A DNA stretch of 64,000 bases from Octopus vulgaris (lineage: Eukaryota). This document shows, in pieces, positions 1-13,380 of this stretch (positions are counted from its first letter, which is position 1; every line of letters starts with the position of its first letter). The notes under the pieces are model-generated. The model was given only the letters and a program-made list of their open reading frames with translations. It did no database searches and was not told the origin of the DNA. The stretch spans positions 11,408,001 through 11,472,000 of the forward strand of contig OX597839.1 of NCBI GenBank assembly GCA_951406725.2, in the 5' to 3' direction. A program made the translations under genes and the position numbers.

Positions 1-639
1 AAGAACTACCACTACCACCACCACCATCATCACCTCACCTCCACTTGTCTCCACCATCAGCCATCCTCATTTTGGTTTTACACAATCTAAGCCTTGCATC
101 TCTGCACCTTATGAGATGCGCTTTCAGAGAGGCCAGAGAGGTTACAATCTTTATTTCATTGATATTACATCATCAGTAGTTTTGTTTTTTTGTTGTTTTG
201 TTCTGTTGTTTTTCTTTTTGTTTCTGTTCTTTTGTTACTTGTGTGATATCTTCAACCACGATATTATTCTTAAAGACCTCATCCAACAAATTATTAATAC
301 CCCACTCTTTCTCTCTTTCCCCCCCTCTCTCTCTTTCTCTCTTTCTCTCACACACACACCTCAATCAGATACACCACTCACTAATTTTATTGTAAGTAAT
401 GAACTCCTCTCTACCCAGTACCTGCAGCCATAGTACGTCTGAGAAGCTCTTAATTCCTCCTCACTCGGTTCTAGCAGCCTTTGTATATCCGAGAAACTCC
501 TAACTTCTCTTCACTTCACTTAATACCAGCAGCAGTCCTATGTCCAAGAAACCATGAAATCTTCTTCATTCAATTAAAGCCAGCCATCATGTTGCATTCA
601 TCAGTTCTCTCCTAAAAATATTCCCCCTTTGTTATTTTT

Positions 640-1035
640 ATACTGCCCACAAGGGGCTACACCCAGAGGGGACAAACAAGGACAGAGAAACGGATTAAGT
701 CGATTATATCGACCCTAGTGCGTAACTGGTACTTATTTAATTGACCTCGAAAGGATGAAAGGCAAAGTCGACCTCGGCGTAATTTGAACTCAGAACGTAG
801 CGGCAGATGAAATACTTATTTCTTTACTGTCGACAAGGGGCTACACACAGAGGGGACAAACAAGGACAGAAGAACGGATTAAGTTGATTATATCGACTCC
901 AGTTCGTAACTGGTACTTAATTTATCGACCCCGAAAGGATGAAAGGCAAAGTCAACCTCGGCGGAGTTTGAACTCAGAATGTAACAGCAGACGAAATACC
1001 ACTAAGCATTTCGCCTGTCATGCTAACGTTTCTGC
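640..1035 (-). mobile_element. Tandem dimer of SINE family B (tRNA-like head; central GCCTTTCATCCTTTCGGGGTCGATAAA motif resembling the Meta-SINE domain)
   Basis: Two head-to-tail copies (about 640-815 and 815-1035) of a unit that recurs at 6462, 10298, 11780, 28910, 35050, 39801, 49247, 50708, 54138 and 57662; B-box-like GAGTTCAAATTC. The Meta-domain assignment is from memory. Confidence 0.8.
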
Positions 1036-1212
1036 CCCTTTGTTGTTTGTTGTTGTTTATCCCTTGGTCAGACTTCTACTTTGACAATACATTCATTTAT
1101 CGAATAATGTGAAGACAGTTTGACTGCTACTTCTTGCAGGTCAATCGATTATGTCAAGGCCCCCTTGGCGTGTTACTGTTGTTGCTGTCCAACTCCAGGG
1201 TGAGTCTTGATG

Positions 1213-1255
<43 letters not shown>

Positions 1256-1917
1256 TATAATGGTTTCAAATTTCAGCACAAGGCCAGCAATTTTAAGGGG
1301 AGGATTAAGTCAGTTACACTGACTCCAGTGCTCAACTGGTACTTCATTTTATGTCCCTTGGCAAAAGAGACTGATAGAATGAGTAGCAGGGCCTAAAAAT
1401 AAAAGTACTGCTATTGATTTATTCTACTAAAACCCTTCAGAATGATGCCCCAGCATGACCACCACTGTTAGAAGACTGAAAGAAATGATGAAGGATTTGT
1501 CTGATGGCCACCCTCTGTGATTTGCTCCTTTGTTCAGAAACTAATTGCACCGGGGAAACGAAGTAAAAGCCAAGTCATTAAGAAAATATTTCATGATGAA
1601 ACTGTTTTAATCGTGTTTCTGTTTATTGGGCAACATCCCCCCCACCACCACCGTTCCTCGTGCTATTTCTTTTTAATTGACTCCGAAGTACATTGCAACA
1701 TCATATTTCATATTTTTACACTTGTTTGTCGGATGTTGTTGATAGAAATATTACCAGCCACCAGGTAGCTGTAGCAGTGTTGTAGTGATAGTTCTGTGGT
1801 GGTGGTGGTGGTGGTTATAGTGTTTGTGGTGGTTATAGTGTTTGTGGTGGCTCTAGTAGTGTTGTGGTAGATCTGTGTGTATATTTACATGCAGTAGATG
1901 TATATACACACACACAT

Positions 1918-2375
1918 CTTTTATTGTTTACTTGTTTCAGTCATTAGACTGTGGCCATGCTGGGGCACTGCCTTGAAGAATTTTTTTAAATCAAATGAAT
2001 CAATCCCAGTATTTATTTCTTTTTAAAGCCTGGTTCTTAGTCTATCAGTCTCTTTTTGCCAAACTGCTAAGTTACAGAGACATAAACAAACCAAGACCAG
2101 TTGTCAAGTGGGGGACAAATACAGACACAAAGACCACACACACACACACACATATACGACAGGTTCAGTCCCACTGTGTGGCACCTTGGGCAAATGTCTC
2201 CTGCTATATAGCCTCGGGCCCACCAAAGCCTTGTGAGTGTATTTGGTAGATGGAAAGTGAAAGAAGCCTATCATATATACACATGTGTATGTGCCTGTGT
2301 TGGTCCCCCACAACTGCTTGGTGTATTTAAGTCCCTGTAATATAGGGGTTCAGCAAAAGAGATCAAAAGAATAAG
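1918..2375. mobile_element. Two truncated SINE family A fragments in opposite orientation
   Basis: 1918-2160 is the reverse complement of the family A 3' half; 2161-2375 is a + strand 5' half starting at the B box. Confidence 0.75.
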
Positions 2376-2396
2376 TGTTAGCCCTTAAAAAAAAAA

Positions 2397-2770
2397 AGCA
2401 GGAGTGGCTGTGTGGTAAGTAGCTTGCTTACCAACCACATGGTTCCAGGTTCAGTTCCACTGCATGGCACCTTGGGCAAGTGTCTTCTACTATAGCCTCG
2501 GACCCACCAAAGCCTTGTGAGTGGATTTGGTAGACGGAAACTGAAAGAAGCCTGTCGTATATATTTATGTGTGTGTGTGTGTGTGTGTCCCAACATCACT
2601 TGACAACCGATGCTGGTGTGTTTACGTCCCCGTAACTTAGCGGTTCGGCAAAATAGATCGATAGAATAAGTACTAGGCTTACAAAGAATAAGTCCTGGGG
2701 TCGATTTGCTCGACTAAAGGCAGTGCTCCAGCATGGCCGCAGTCAAATGACTGAAACAAGTAAAAGAGTA
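2397..2770 (+). mobile_element. Full-length SINE family A (tRNA-derived head, CORE-like CACCTTGGGCAAGTG segment, internal (TA)/(TG) linker, AAGAGTA-type tail)
   Basis: A-box-like TGGCTGTGTGG and B-box-like GGTTCAGTTCC; roughly twenty complete or partial copies in the window. Confidence 0.85.
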
Positions 2771-3039
2771 AAAAGAGAGAGAGAGTGGGGTCGATTCACC
2801 GGACTAAAAAATTTTTCAAGGCTGTGCCTCAGTGTGGTAGCTGTAACAGATATAAGATAAAAGTGAGATATAGGCAGGACAGATTCACAGACAGATATGT
2901 GTGTTTGGGATATGTAAATGTAGTTACATATTCCTGCGCACACATGGATATGAAATGTTATGTTTAGCAAAATGATACTGATTACAATCAATCCCTGCTC
3001 TTAAATCTTTCTCCCTTTAGTCACCCCCACTCTCTCCCT

Positions 3040-3107
3040 ATATATATATATATACATGCATATATATACATATATACATACATATATATATACATTTATA
3101 TATATAC

Positions 3108-3140
<33 letters not shown>

Positions 3141-3146
3141 CATACA

Positions 3147-3187
<41 letters not shown>

Positions 3188-3225
3188 ATATGTGTGTGTG
3201 TATATATATATGTGTGTGTATATTT
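3040..3225. repeat. (TA)n/(TACA)n/(TG)n compound microsatellite
   Basis: Directly visible dinucleotide and tetranucleotide tandem repeats. Confidence 0.95.
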
Positions 3226-3687
3226 GCTCCCCACTGCCCTATATCTTCTCTGTTTTTTCTCTTACATATCCTAAGATCTGGGTCTGTCACTATTGTTGGC
3301 CTCACCCTTCCCTGCGCACTACATTTACCAACCGACCAGCCAGCCAGCCAGTCAACCAGGGTACACAGAGGGGCATATTAATGTCACTAGTGGCTGGACT
3401 GAGAACTAGAGGGGGGGGGATGAGTGTGGGGTACTGTGACACTGGCAGCTGGATGGCATTAAGACATTCTTTGGAATATAGGGGACAGAGAACCATTCAA
3501 ATGCATACACTCACATGTACACACATTGTGTGTATTAGATATGTTTGCATGTGTGTGTGTGTGTGTGTGTGTACACACACACACACACACATGCATAAAC
3601 ATGTGGGAAGCAGACTTGTTACAACCAAGACTGTATCTATAATATATATATACACATATATACACACACAAACGTGTGTGTATTATA

Positions 3688-4078
3688 GGCACAGGCATGG
3701 CTGTGTGGTAACATGTTTGCTTCCCAACCGCATGGTTCCTGGTTCAGTCCCATTGCGTGACACCTTGCGCAAGTGTTTTCTACTATAGCCTTGGGCCAAC
3801 CAAAGCCTTGTGAGTGGATTTGGTAGACGGAAACTGAAAGAAGCCTGTCGTATATATGTATGTGTGTGTATATATTTGTGTGTCTGTGTTTGTCCACCCA
3901 ACATCACTTGACAACTGATGCTGGTGTGTTTACATCCCTGTAACTTAGCAGTTTGGCAAAAGAGACTGATAGAATAAGTACTAGGCTCACAAAGAATAAG
4001 TCCTGGGGTCAATTTGTTCAACTAATGCGGTGCTCCAGTATGGTCACAGCCAAATGACTGAAACAAGTAAAAGAGTAA
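3688..4078 (+). mobile_element. SINE family A copy
   Basis: Colinear with 2397-2770. Confidence 0.85.
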
Positions 4079-5249
4079 TAGTTCCAGCAAAAGACCAGTA
4101 ATTTTAATGGTAGGTGTTAGTTGTCTACATCCTTTCCCCCAGTACTTGACTGGTACTTCATCTTACTAGCCCTGAAATTATGAACTAAATGCTGACTAAG
4201 TGATTAAAATCGGTGCATGCTTGCTCCCATCCCCGCTGCTTGACTGCTGGTGTTGGTTTATTTACATCCTTGTAACCTTAAAGTTGATCGAAAGAAACCA
4301 ATAGAAACCAATACTTAATATTAAGTACTGAGGGTAATTTGACTTAATCCTTCATGGTGGTGCCCCAGCATGGCCACGGTCAAATGAGTGAAATGAATAA
4401 AAGTAAAGAAAAAAGGGATATAAATACACACATTCATATGTACACACACACTCTTTGATTGTCTCTGCTTCCTCTTTTCTGATGTCTCATTCTAACCCTT
4501 CCCCATATTCTACTGCCTCCCCTCCAGCCCCTCTTAATCCCCTACTCTTTCATATCTCATCACCATGTCTTGTCCCCCCCCCCCCCGCGCCTTTTACTGG
4601 ACCCATTATCTACCACTCTTCTGGGCCATCCTCTTTACAACCATCCACCCACCAACCAACATCCACTCAGTGTGTGTGTGTTTATGAATTAGAGAAACAC
4701 TTTTATGGTATTGCTTAAAGAGTCCCTGCAGAGTATGTTATGGTATCTGAACTTCCATTTGGTTGTTAATTCAGCTGAGTGGAGGTCTCTTGGGTATGAG
4801 GATGGTCTCTTAGGATCCTCCTATCATGTCCTAAACATATGCACTGGATAACCACAGTAATTATGCCTCTCTTTCTCATCCAACACACACAGAGAGTATG
4901 GATTAAGACCTACATGTTCCTAGTCACATAATCTGGATATGCTTCTCTTGGGTTATATTATCACAAAGTGCTCCATGTTTAAAATTGGTCATAACTAAGA
5001 CAGTAGTGTACATAATTAATCCTTTTGTTAGTTTCTATATCCAATTTTTCCATGCTGGCATGGGTTAGGTGAATATATGAGGTGTTGTTTTTCTGTTGGA
5101 TGCTCTTCCTGTTCCTAACTGTAACCTGTTTTACATATCAGAGATCTTATTTCGTGTCTTCAAAGGTGCAAAGTGAGCAGACAGTTTGTTGGCAGGAAAT
5201 GTAACAAGAACAACAGCAACACCACCATTTGTGGCTTGCAATTTTTGTG

Positions 5250-5626
5250 GTGTGCTTATTTAAACAAACACATCAAAATCAAAATCGATCAACATCAATG
5301 GAAATTGTAGCTGTGATACCAGTGCCAGTGGCACATAAGAGAACCATCCAAACGTGGCTGTTGCCAGCGCCGCCCCGACTGGCCTCTGTGATGGTGGCAC
5401 GTAAAATGCACCATCCGATCGTGGCCATTTGCCAGCCTCATCTGGTACGTAAAAAGCACCCACTCCACTCACGGAATGGTTGGCGTTAGGAAGAGCATCC
5501 AGCCGTAGAAACATTGCCAGATCAGACTGGGCCTGGTGCAGCCTTCTGGCTTCCCAAACCCCAGTTAAACCATCCAACCCATGCTAGCATGGAAAGCGGA
5601 CGCTAAACGATGATGATGATGATGAT
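5250..5626 (+). mobile_element. Retroposon family C with (GAT)n tail
   Basis: GGCGTTAGGAAG(A/G)GCATCCAG...CCATGCTAGCATGGAAAGCGGACG...(GAT)n; related copies at about 9150, 36110, 38215, 55878 (minus) and 59870. Confidence 0.75.
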
Positions 5627-5699
5627 TAATACTTACACCTCTCCATACATACATTCACACGCACATGTAGTAATTGCCATCTCTTCCATTTCATAAATG

Positions 5700-5945
5700 C
5701 CATCCTGAGAACTCATATAACTAGTAAGTCCAGCTTTGACAGATGGAATCCTACAGCAGATGTTACAAATATTTTCAGGCTGGAAAGTGTCTGGGACTGA
5801 AGCCAAGTCCTGTTTATCAAGTGCTTGTTTCAAGATGGATTGCTCAATTCTCTGCATATCAAATGCTTAACAAACCATTGTAGATCACTCTTTTCAAAAC
5901 CAATCAGTCTTCTGTCAACTGTTCCCAGTTTTCAGTATTCACAAC
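5700..5945 (-). mobile_element. Degenerate 3' end of an RTE-clade LINE ORF
   Basis: The minus strand reads NTENWEQLTED*LVLKRVIYNG...FDMQRIEQSILKQ...CNICCRIPSVKAGLTSYMSS. This resembles the RTE C-terminal WEQLAxDR...CxxCxR...GLxSH motif, with a stop and a frameshift. Confidence 0.55.
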
Positions 5946-6461
5946 TCCTTCATAAGGTAGTGATCAAGTAGAATCGTTAACGAAATGCTTAACGGTATTT
6001 TGCCTGTCTTTACATCCTAAGTTCAAATCCAGCCAGGGTCAATTTTGCCTTTTATGCTTTCAGGGCTAATAAAATAATTACCAGTTGAGCACTGGAGTCA
6101 ATGTAATCGACCTGAAATTGCTGGCCTTGTGTCAAAATTTGAAGCCAATATTCACACTAAGAGCTTTATCCATTTAGCCGTGTAACCTGCCATATCCTGC
6201 CAAAATATTCTACCTGTTTTATGTTCAAACTGACAAGTTTTGGCCTCTGCCATTTACCTTGTAATTTCATTCTTAAAATAAACAACCACTTCATCGAAAT
6301 CTCAAGGCTACAAGATAATGCATGATTAATTGAAAACAATATGAATAGATAAGCATTACATCTGAGACAATAATCTGGATGTTAATGAGTTAAGGCTACT
6401 TTTGAAGGCATCCCTAAGACATCTCTTTGGTTTATGTCTTGGATGTTTACCACATTCCAAT

Positions 6462-6652
6462 AGGTATTTCGTCTGTTGCTACGTTCTGAGTTCAAATTCC
6501 GCCGAGGTCGACTTTGCCTTTCATCCTTTCGGGGTCAATAAATTAAGTACCAGTGACGCACTGGGGATCGATCTAATCGACTTAATACCTATGTCTGTCC
6601 TTGTTTGTCCCCTCTATGTTTAGCCCCTTGTGGGTAATAAAGAAATAGGTAT
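6462..6652 (+). mobile_element. SINE family B copy (5'-truncated)
   Basis: Matches the family B unit. Confidence 0.8.
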
Positions 6653-7329
6653 TTGGATCATAAATCAACATGAAATTTTGATGGGAAGTTTTCATTTAAA
6701 TCTCTTTAAAATGGAGTTTGTATCATAGAGGCAAGCACAGTCTCGGGTGGGTTGGTATCAAAAGGATTTTAATGCCTTGGATACCAGACTAAATTTTATG
6801 TAATCAAGTTTTTAGGCTCAAGAGAACTGGGTGAAATTGTTAGATTGAAAATTCACGGAAGCTTGCTACCCATGTTTGTGTGTTACCTCCCCTGTAACTT
6901 AGCAGTTTAGCAAAAGCAGACCAATAAAATAAGTACCTTCTAGGCAGTACTTCAATATGGTTGCAGTTCAGTGACTAAACCAAGTGAAAAAATAAACAGA
7001 TATCACACACATACATACACACATACATACACACATATACATACGTGTGTGCATGGCTGTACCAGTGTATGTGTATGTATATATATATATATATATACGA
7101 AACGCGGAGTAGATGAAACAGAGGCGACTGAAGAAGGGGAATGTTTCTTGTGTTGTATGTCTTGTACCCTATTTTTTCGTTGTTTAAGAAAAATCTCCAT
7201 TTCCTTAGTTTTGTGTTTATGTTTTCGTTTCTCATTGTGTTTAACATTTTTTTGGTGTCCTGTACCCATATATGCATGTATATATATCTACATATAGATG
7301 TAGGTACGTACATATATGTATGTATATAT

Positions 7330-7713
7330 TCTTTTACTTGTTTCAGTCATTTGACTGCGGCCATGCTGGAGCACCGCCTTTAATCGAGCAACTCAACCCC
7401 GAGACTTATTCTTTTGTAAGCCCAGTACTTATTCTATCGGTCTCTTTTGCCGAACCGCTAAGTAACGGGGACATAAACACACCAGCATTGGTTGTCAAGC
7501 AATGCTAGGGGGACAAACACACACACGCATATATATATATACATATATACGACGGGCTTCTTTCAGTTTCCGTCTACCAAATCCACTCACAAGGCTTTGG
7601 TCGGCCTGAGGCTATAGTAGAAGACACTTGCCCAAGGTGCCATGCAGTGGGACTGAACCCGCAACCATGTGGTTGGAAAACAAGTTTCTTACCACACAGC
7701 CACTCCTGCGCCT
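7330..7713 (-). mobile_element. Full-length SINE family A copy
   Basis: Reverse complement of 2397-2770. Confidence 0.85.
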
Positions 7714-9149
7714 ATGCATATGTTTTATTTATTATTTTGTTATTATATATATATACACTTAAACACACACACACACACCTGCATACTTACACAGAGGTAT
7801 ACATTACATATATACAAAAATATGATGTATATATGCACACACAGTTTCAAGCGTATGCATATACATACACAGTAGTGCTTGAGCGAAACGAATCTGTTGC
7901 CAGCCAGTTTCCAACGTCTTACTAAAAATACTCCAGTGTCAGTTATAAAATGTTAATACATACCTTGAAGAAATTTCCTTGTATCTATCCACACCTCTTC
8001 CTCCATCTATTTCTTTCTCTTTTCTAAAAACAATCTAGGAAGTTAGTTTATCTCTCAATGTGGTGGCCACCAACGACAGTCATAAATTACCATCAAACAA
8101 ACTAATACACACTTCTTTCTTGGCTTTACTCTATTCAAATAGAGATTTTACATCCTTTACCATAAATTTTTCTTCATAGCTATTTGCTCTTGCTTTTATT
8201 GTCTTGCTTGGTTCGTGGAGGTGTGGGGTGGGGAGTGGGGGTACTGCCCCCCCCCCCCGACTTCTTTCTCTTCAAGTTCTTGCTGTGTTTTGTACATGTA
8301 CTTTGTACAGCTTTCAGCTTTTAACTGTCGTAATCTCTGGTATAGCAAAGCAGCACTATCAAACACCTACCTCATTTTTAGTAGCTCATTAAATCAGAAA
8401 GTACTTTGATGTGGAAGCTCTGACGGTTCCACCTGTTTTAATAACCGTTATCCAGAGGAATTAATTAGGGTTAATTTCTGGTGTTTCCTTTTAAGATAAC
8501 GCAGTTTTTAAAAGAACTACTTGGATGGCTCACTTATATCCATAATACTTTGCCATTATTATTTATTTCACTTGCAGAGTTTTGACAAATAGCTGTTGTC
8601 ATTTGTGGGATGGATCTGGCTGTTGGCCAAGATCAATTTGAACTCGGAACATAAGGCCAGAAGATTTACCACTAAACATTTTGTCCAACAGGCTAACAAT
8701 TCTGGAAGCTAGCCGCCTTAAACAATAAAATAATAATCCTTTTTACTTTCAGACACATGGACTGAAATTTTGAGGGAGGAGGAGGTGGGGTGGCTAGTCG
8801 CTTACATCAACCCCAGTACATGACTGGTACTTATTTTATTGATCCTGAAAGAATAAAAAGCAAAGCTGACCTCGATGGGATTTGAACTCAGAATGTAAAG
8901 CTGGAATAAATACCACTAAGCGTTTTTTTTTTCTATCGTGCAAACAACTCTGCCTGCTCGATGCCTTAATGATAATAGTTTCAAATTTTGGCACAAGGCC
9001 AGCAATTTCAGGGATGGGATTAAGTTGATTACATCAACTCCAGTGCTCAACTGGAGGTTGAGGGTATTGTGTAACCATCTCCCCTTAAAATTGCTGACCT
9101 TGTGCTTAAATCAGACATCTCTGTTGTAGCCAGGGAGATATTTGTCTCT

Positions 9150-9530
9150 AATTCAGTGCCACATAAAACAAGCACTGGTGCTGGTGCCAAGTAAGAAGCA
9201 TTGGAACTGGTGCCACATAAAAAGCACCCAGTACACTCTGTAAAGCGGTGGGCATTAGGAAGGGCATCCAGCCACAGAAACCTTGCCAAAACAGACACAG
9301 AAGTCTGGTGTATTCTCCTGCCTCCCCAGCTCCTGTCAAATCGTCCAACCCATGCCAGCATGGAAGGCAGACATTAAACAATAATGATGATGATGATCCG
9401 GCCACAGAAACCAAGCCCAGAAGAAACAATGGGGCCTGGTGCAGCCCCTCCTATCTTACCAGCTCCTTATCAAACCGTCCGACCCATGCTAGCATGGGAA
9501 ATGAACATCGAGGGATGATGATGATGATTC
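9150..9530 (+). mobile_element. Retroposon family C with duplicated 3' end
   Basis: Two successive ...CCATGC(C/T)AGCATGG...(GAT)n tails. Confidence 0.65.
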
Positions 9531-10297
9531 ACTTAGCATCTGCAGAACTATCCACCGGCGCCATATGAAACCCTGCAGTAGTAGATCTATTATCATTACG
9601 AAACGATAAACTTTTAAGTTTAATCTTACATAAAGCACTGCGCTGTCTTAACCTACCACCTCTTTACCACAATGATTTACATTTCTTTTCATGTTTTTCT
9701 TCTCTTCGCCTCTCTTTTTCTTTCTGTCATTCTTTTGTGTTTGTAATCAGTTCTGTGGGAATAGACAGTCCAGTCAGCTGTACAATTAATAGCTCATAGT
9801 TACCGATTCACTGGAAATCTTCAGAGACGAACTTATCTAAGGCGTCATCAGTAGTTTATAGAGAAAATGTTTGTCATCATCATGATATAATATTAAATAT
9901 CCTTGAAGGATTTGGCAGAAAACTAGTGAAGAGTACTGTCTCAAACCATTGATTTCTTTTCCTGCCTTTTTGATGTATGTGGTTGCTTCTAACCCCTCTC
10001 CCTCTCTCTGACCTTCGCCATGATTACTCTATAAATTGGTGTACATTGTTTTTTAATTTGCTACCTTAATCCAAATGTAAATGTCATTTTATGTCAATAT
10101 CTTGTATTTGGGACAGTTATATGGTTTCTGTATTAGTGTAGTGGCAGAAGTTGGCGGTGGTGACGTAGGGAATCATATTGATTAGAATGGTGGTGGTGGT
10201 GGGGGGGGGGGGAGTGCACAGTGTGGCTGTTTTTGCATTTGTTTTCTTTTTAATCACTTTAGCATCTGTTCGCCCCCCCCACCGTCCGTACATATAT

Positions 10298-10530
10298 ATT
10301 TCTTTGCTACCCACAAGGGGCTAAACACAGAAGGGACAAACAAGGACAGACAAAAACGGATTAAGTCGATTACATCAACCCCAGTGCGTAACTGGTACTT
10401 TATTTATCGACCCCGAAAGGATGAAAGGCAAAGTCGACCTCAGCGGAGTTTGAACTCAGAACATAACGGCAGATGAAATACGGCTACGTATTTCGCCTGG
10501 CGTGCTAACGTTTCTGTCAACTCGCCACCT
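10298..10530 (-). mobile_element. SINE family B copy
   Basis: Matches the family B unit. Confidence 0.85.
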
Positions 10531-10550
10531 ATACCCTTTCCATACATATA

Positions 10551-10786
10551 GACGCAGGTGTGGCTGTGCGGTAAGAGACTTACTTTGCAACCACATAGTT
10601 CTGTGTTCAGTCCCACTGCATGGCACCTTGGGCAAGTGCCTTCTACTATAACCTCAGGCCAATCAATGCTTTGAATAGATTTGGTAGACAGAAAGAGGAC
10701 TGTCGTGTGTGTATCTGCGTTTGTCCCCCGCCTCTGCTTGACAACTGGTGTTGGTGTGTTTGTGTCCCTGTAACTTAGCAGTTTGC
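10551..10786 (+). mobile_element. SINE family A copy, 3'-truncated
   Basis: Head and core match family A; it runs directly into MITE family D. Confidence 0.75.
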
Positions 10787-10787
10787 C

Positions 10788-11123
10788 ATTTTCTCTAGCG
10801 GTGTCATATGAAATTGTCACCCATAATTATGACCCTAGTATCGATCTATTGCATTTCAATCTATTTTAGATTTAGGGTTAGGGGTGGGAGAAGGGTATCT
10901 TTTTTTCTTCTCAAATGTAAATAAACCCAATCTGTTTCTTAAAGGAGGGACATATTCATACGGCACAGAATGCTTTTTAACTCCATAGTCGCCAGTGATT
11001 GGTTAAAATTGCCAAAATGCAAGAATGCTGTTTTATAAACACATTCTACCAGTATATGAAATTTAAAATTTATTAGTTACCTAGAAATTATGTTAAAAAC
11101 TGCTGTTCAAACCGAAAAGATCT
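10788..11123 (+). mobile_element. MITE family D copy lacking the left TIR
   Basis: Colinear with 50025-50434, with an internal deletion; right TIR AAAAACTGCTGTTCAAACCGAAAAGATC is present. Confidence 0.8.
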
Positions 11124-11341
11124 GCGTTTTATATTTTAAGTACCCTCTGCTCTTGTGTGTTGTACATACCCCAGCTTCTCTTTTGCCACTCTGCATATTC
11201 TGAGTGTAGGTTTTGGGTATGTTTCATGTAGCTTCTCTTTGTCTTCTCTCTATGTTCTGAGTCTCAGATGTGATTCTATCAGAAAAGCTTCTCTTTTGTC
11301 ACTTTTCATGTTCTGTAAATCTTGGCTGTGATTCTGTATAA

Positions 11342-11562
11342 CCCTTTTGATACCAACCCGGCTGAAACCGGCTCTGGCTCTGTACTACAAATGACATGTT
11401 TTCATAAGTTTTGAATTAAAATCTTCCACCAAACCTTAGTCACAATTTATGTTCCTAACACTAGCTGAATGATAACTAAGTTATTTTACTAAATTCTTTG
11501 TTATATTCGAAGTAATTGAAAGAAATACAGAGCATCTCAAAATAAATACGGTAATGAAAGGG
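11342..11562. mobile_element. piggyBac-like MITE family E
   Basis: CCCTTT...AAAGGG termini flanked by ATAA/TTAA; homologous to 47904-48290. Confidence 0.75.
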
Positions 11563-11779
11563 TTAAGAGAGCATGTCTTCTGCATTCCCTTGTCCTACTC
11601 TACGATATAGAGTTCCATCCTATGAAATTTAGTTTAGCTGTTCTCCCAATTTGATCCTGTCATACTCCGATCTTTTACTTCCCCTCTGGCTCCGGCTTCT
11701 AGTTTGACACCTGTCCTACCAAAAAACCTGAGGTAGACAAGCAACAACAAATCTTAATCCTTCATGTGGTATGATACTT

Positions 11780-11990
11780 GTTTCTTTATTACCCACAAGG
11801 GGCTAAACATAGGGGAGACAAACAAGGACAGACAAATGGATTAAGCCAATTATATCACCCCCAGTGCGTAACTGGTACTTAATTTATCGACCCCGAAAGG
11901 ATGAAAGGCAAAGTCGACCTTGGTGGAATTTGAACTCAGACGAAATGCGGCTACGCCTTTCGCCCGGTGTGCTAACGTTTCTGCCAGATA
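11780..11990 (-). mobile_element. SINE family B copy
   Basis: Matches the family B unit. Confidence 0.8.
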
Positions 11991-12216
11991 CTGTCTGACC
12001 CTTGGGTGTCTTTTGAGGAATTGCAAGCTTCCATACCAGGTTTTTTTATATATTCTTCCTGACTAATCTTGGAGGCCCTGTAAAAGTCACTTGCAGCGCT
12101 CTGTCTTCTGTTACTAAACTACAAAAGACGAAGAAGCACAAATAGTCAGATCAGCTGTAATCAAAGTCAAACTGTTTTAGTGCTCCTGTGTGTTTAGTAT
12201 GAACTACTTGTTGTCC

Positions 12217-12248
<32 letters not shown>

Positions 12249-12685
12249 CAACAACAACATTTCCTTTTATTGATTGAAATGTTAATTTTAGCATTAAAAC
12301 CTGAAAGCTGTGGCTAATATATAAGAAGAATTTTGCACCGAAACTCTATCGCCAAATTTATTGATTAGATCAAAGTTATATATCTGCAATTAGGTTGCAA
12401 TCTAACTGCCACCACTTCACCCTTACCACTTCCATCCTTTTTCGCTGTTGCAAGCCGTGTCTGTTTAGCTGCGCCTGCTGCCACCTATACGATATGTAAT
12501 GATGATAAAGGAGCCATCAAGAGAGCTGGCAATTTCTGTGTGATTTATTGCGATGAATGTTTTCATTTAGCACTTGCCTCCAGATAGCTGATACCTCCGG
12601 CATTAGTTACCTTGCTGTGTACTTCTTCCTGCTATTTGATATTCAAACAGCTATGGGGGTTATTATTTTATTTATTCCCCCACTA

Positions 12686-12723
<38 letters not shown>

Positions 12724-13380
12724 TACACTCACACACACACACATATACTACACTCACACACACACACACACACATACTTATTCTCTTGCATTTCTCCTAT
12801 TGCTATCGGGTGCTGTTTATGATATGATATCCTCTCAGTGTTTATTTCACCATATGTTATCTCTTCACTGTTATGTTGTGTGATACATCTTTCTTTTTTT
12901 TTTTTTGTTTATTTTGTTAGTTTGTTTCGTTTTCATTTCTTGCTCACAGCCATATGCACACACATGTATGAATATGCATATATGTGTGTGTGTGTGTGTA
13001 TGTATATATGTGTGTGTGTGTATGTATATATGTGTGTGTGTGTATGTATATTTGTGTGTGTATATATGTGTGTGTGTGTATGTATATATGTGTGTGTGTA
13101 TGTATATATGTGTGTATGTATATGTGTGTGTGTATGTATATATATATATATGTGTGTATATATATATATATATATGCGTGTGTGTGTGTGTGAGTGTATA
13201 TATATATATATATATGTATATGCATGCACACATGCACATCTGCACACTTTTATACATATGCACATAGACACACACATACCTATATACATACATCTTTGTA
13301 CACATACCATGCATGTGCATGACAGCGCACACACACACACACACACACTTTTATATTGAGAAAGAGAGAGAGAGAGAGAA
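12686..13380. repeat. (CA)n/(TG)n/(TA)n microsatellite-rich region
   Basis: Directly visible; source of the HT/VC/YI ORFs. Confidence 0.9.

Noticed and set aside
7098-7270. (TA)n-flanked segment with CGAAACGCG and CTGAAGAAG
   Set aside because: The motifs are in the wrong order for type I and no stems close a type II fold. It may be a truncated relative, but this cannot be supported.
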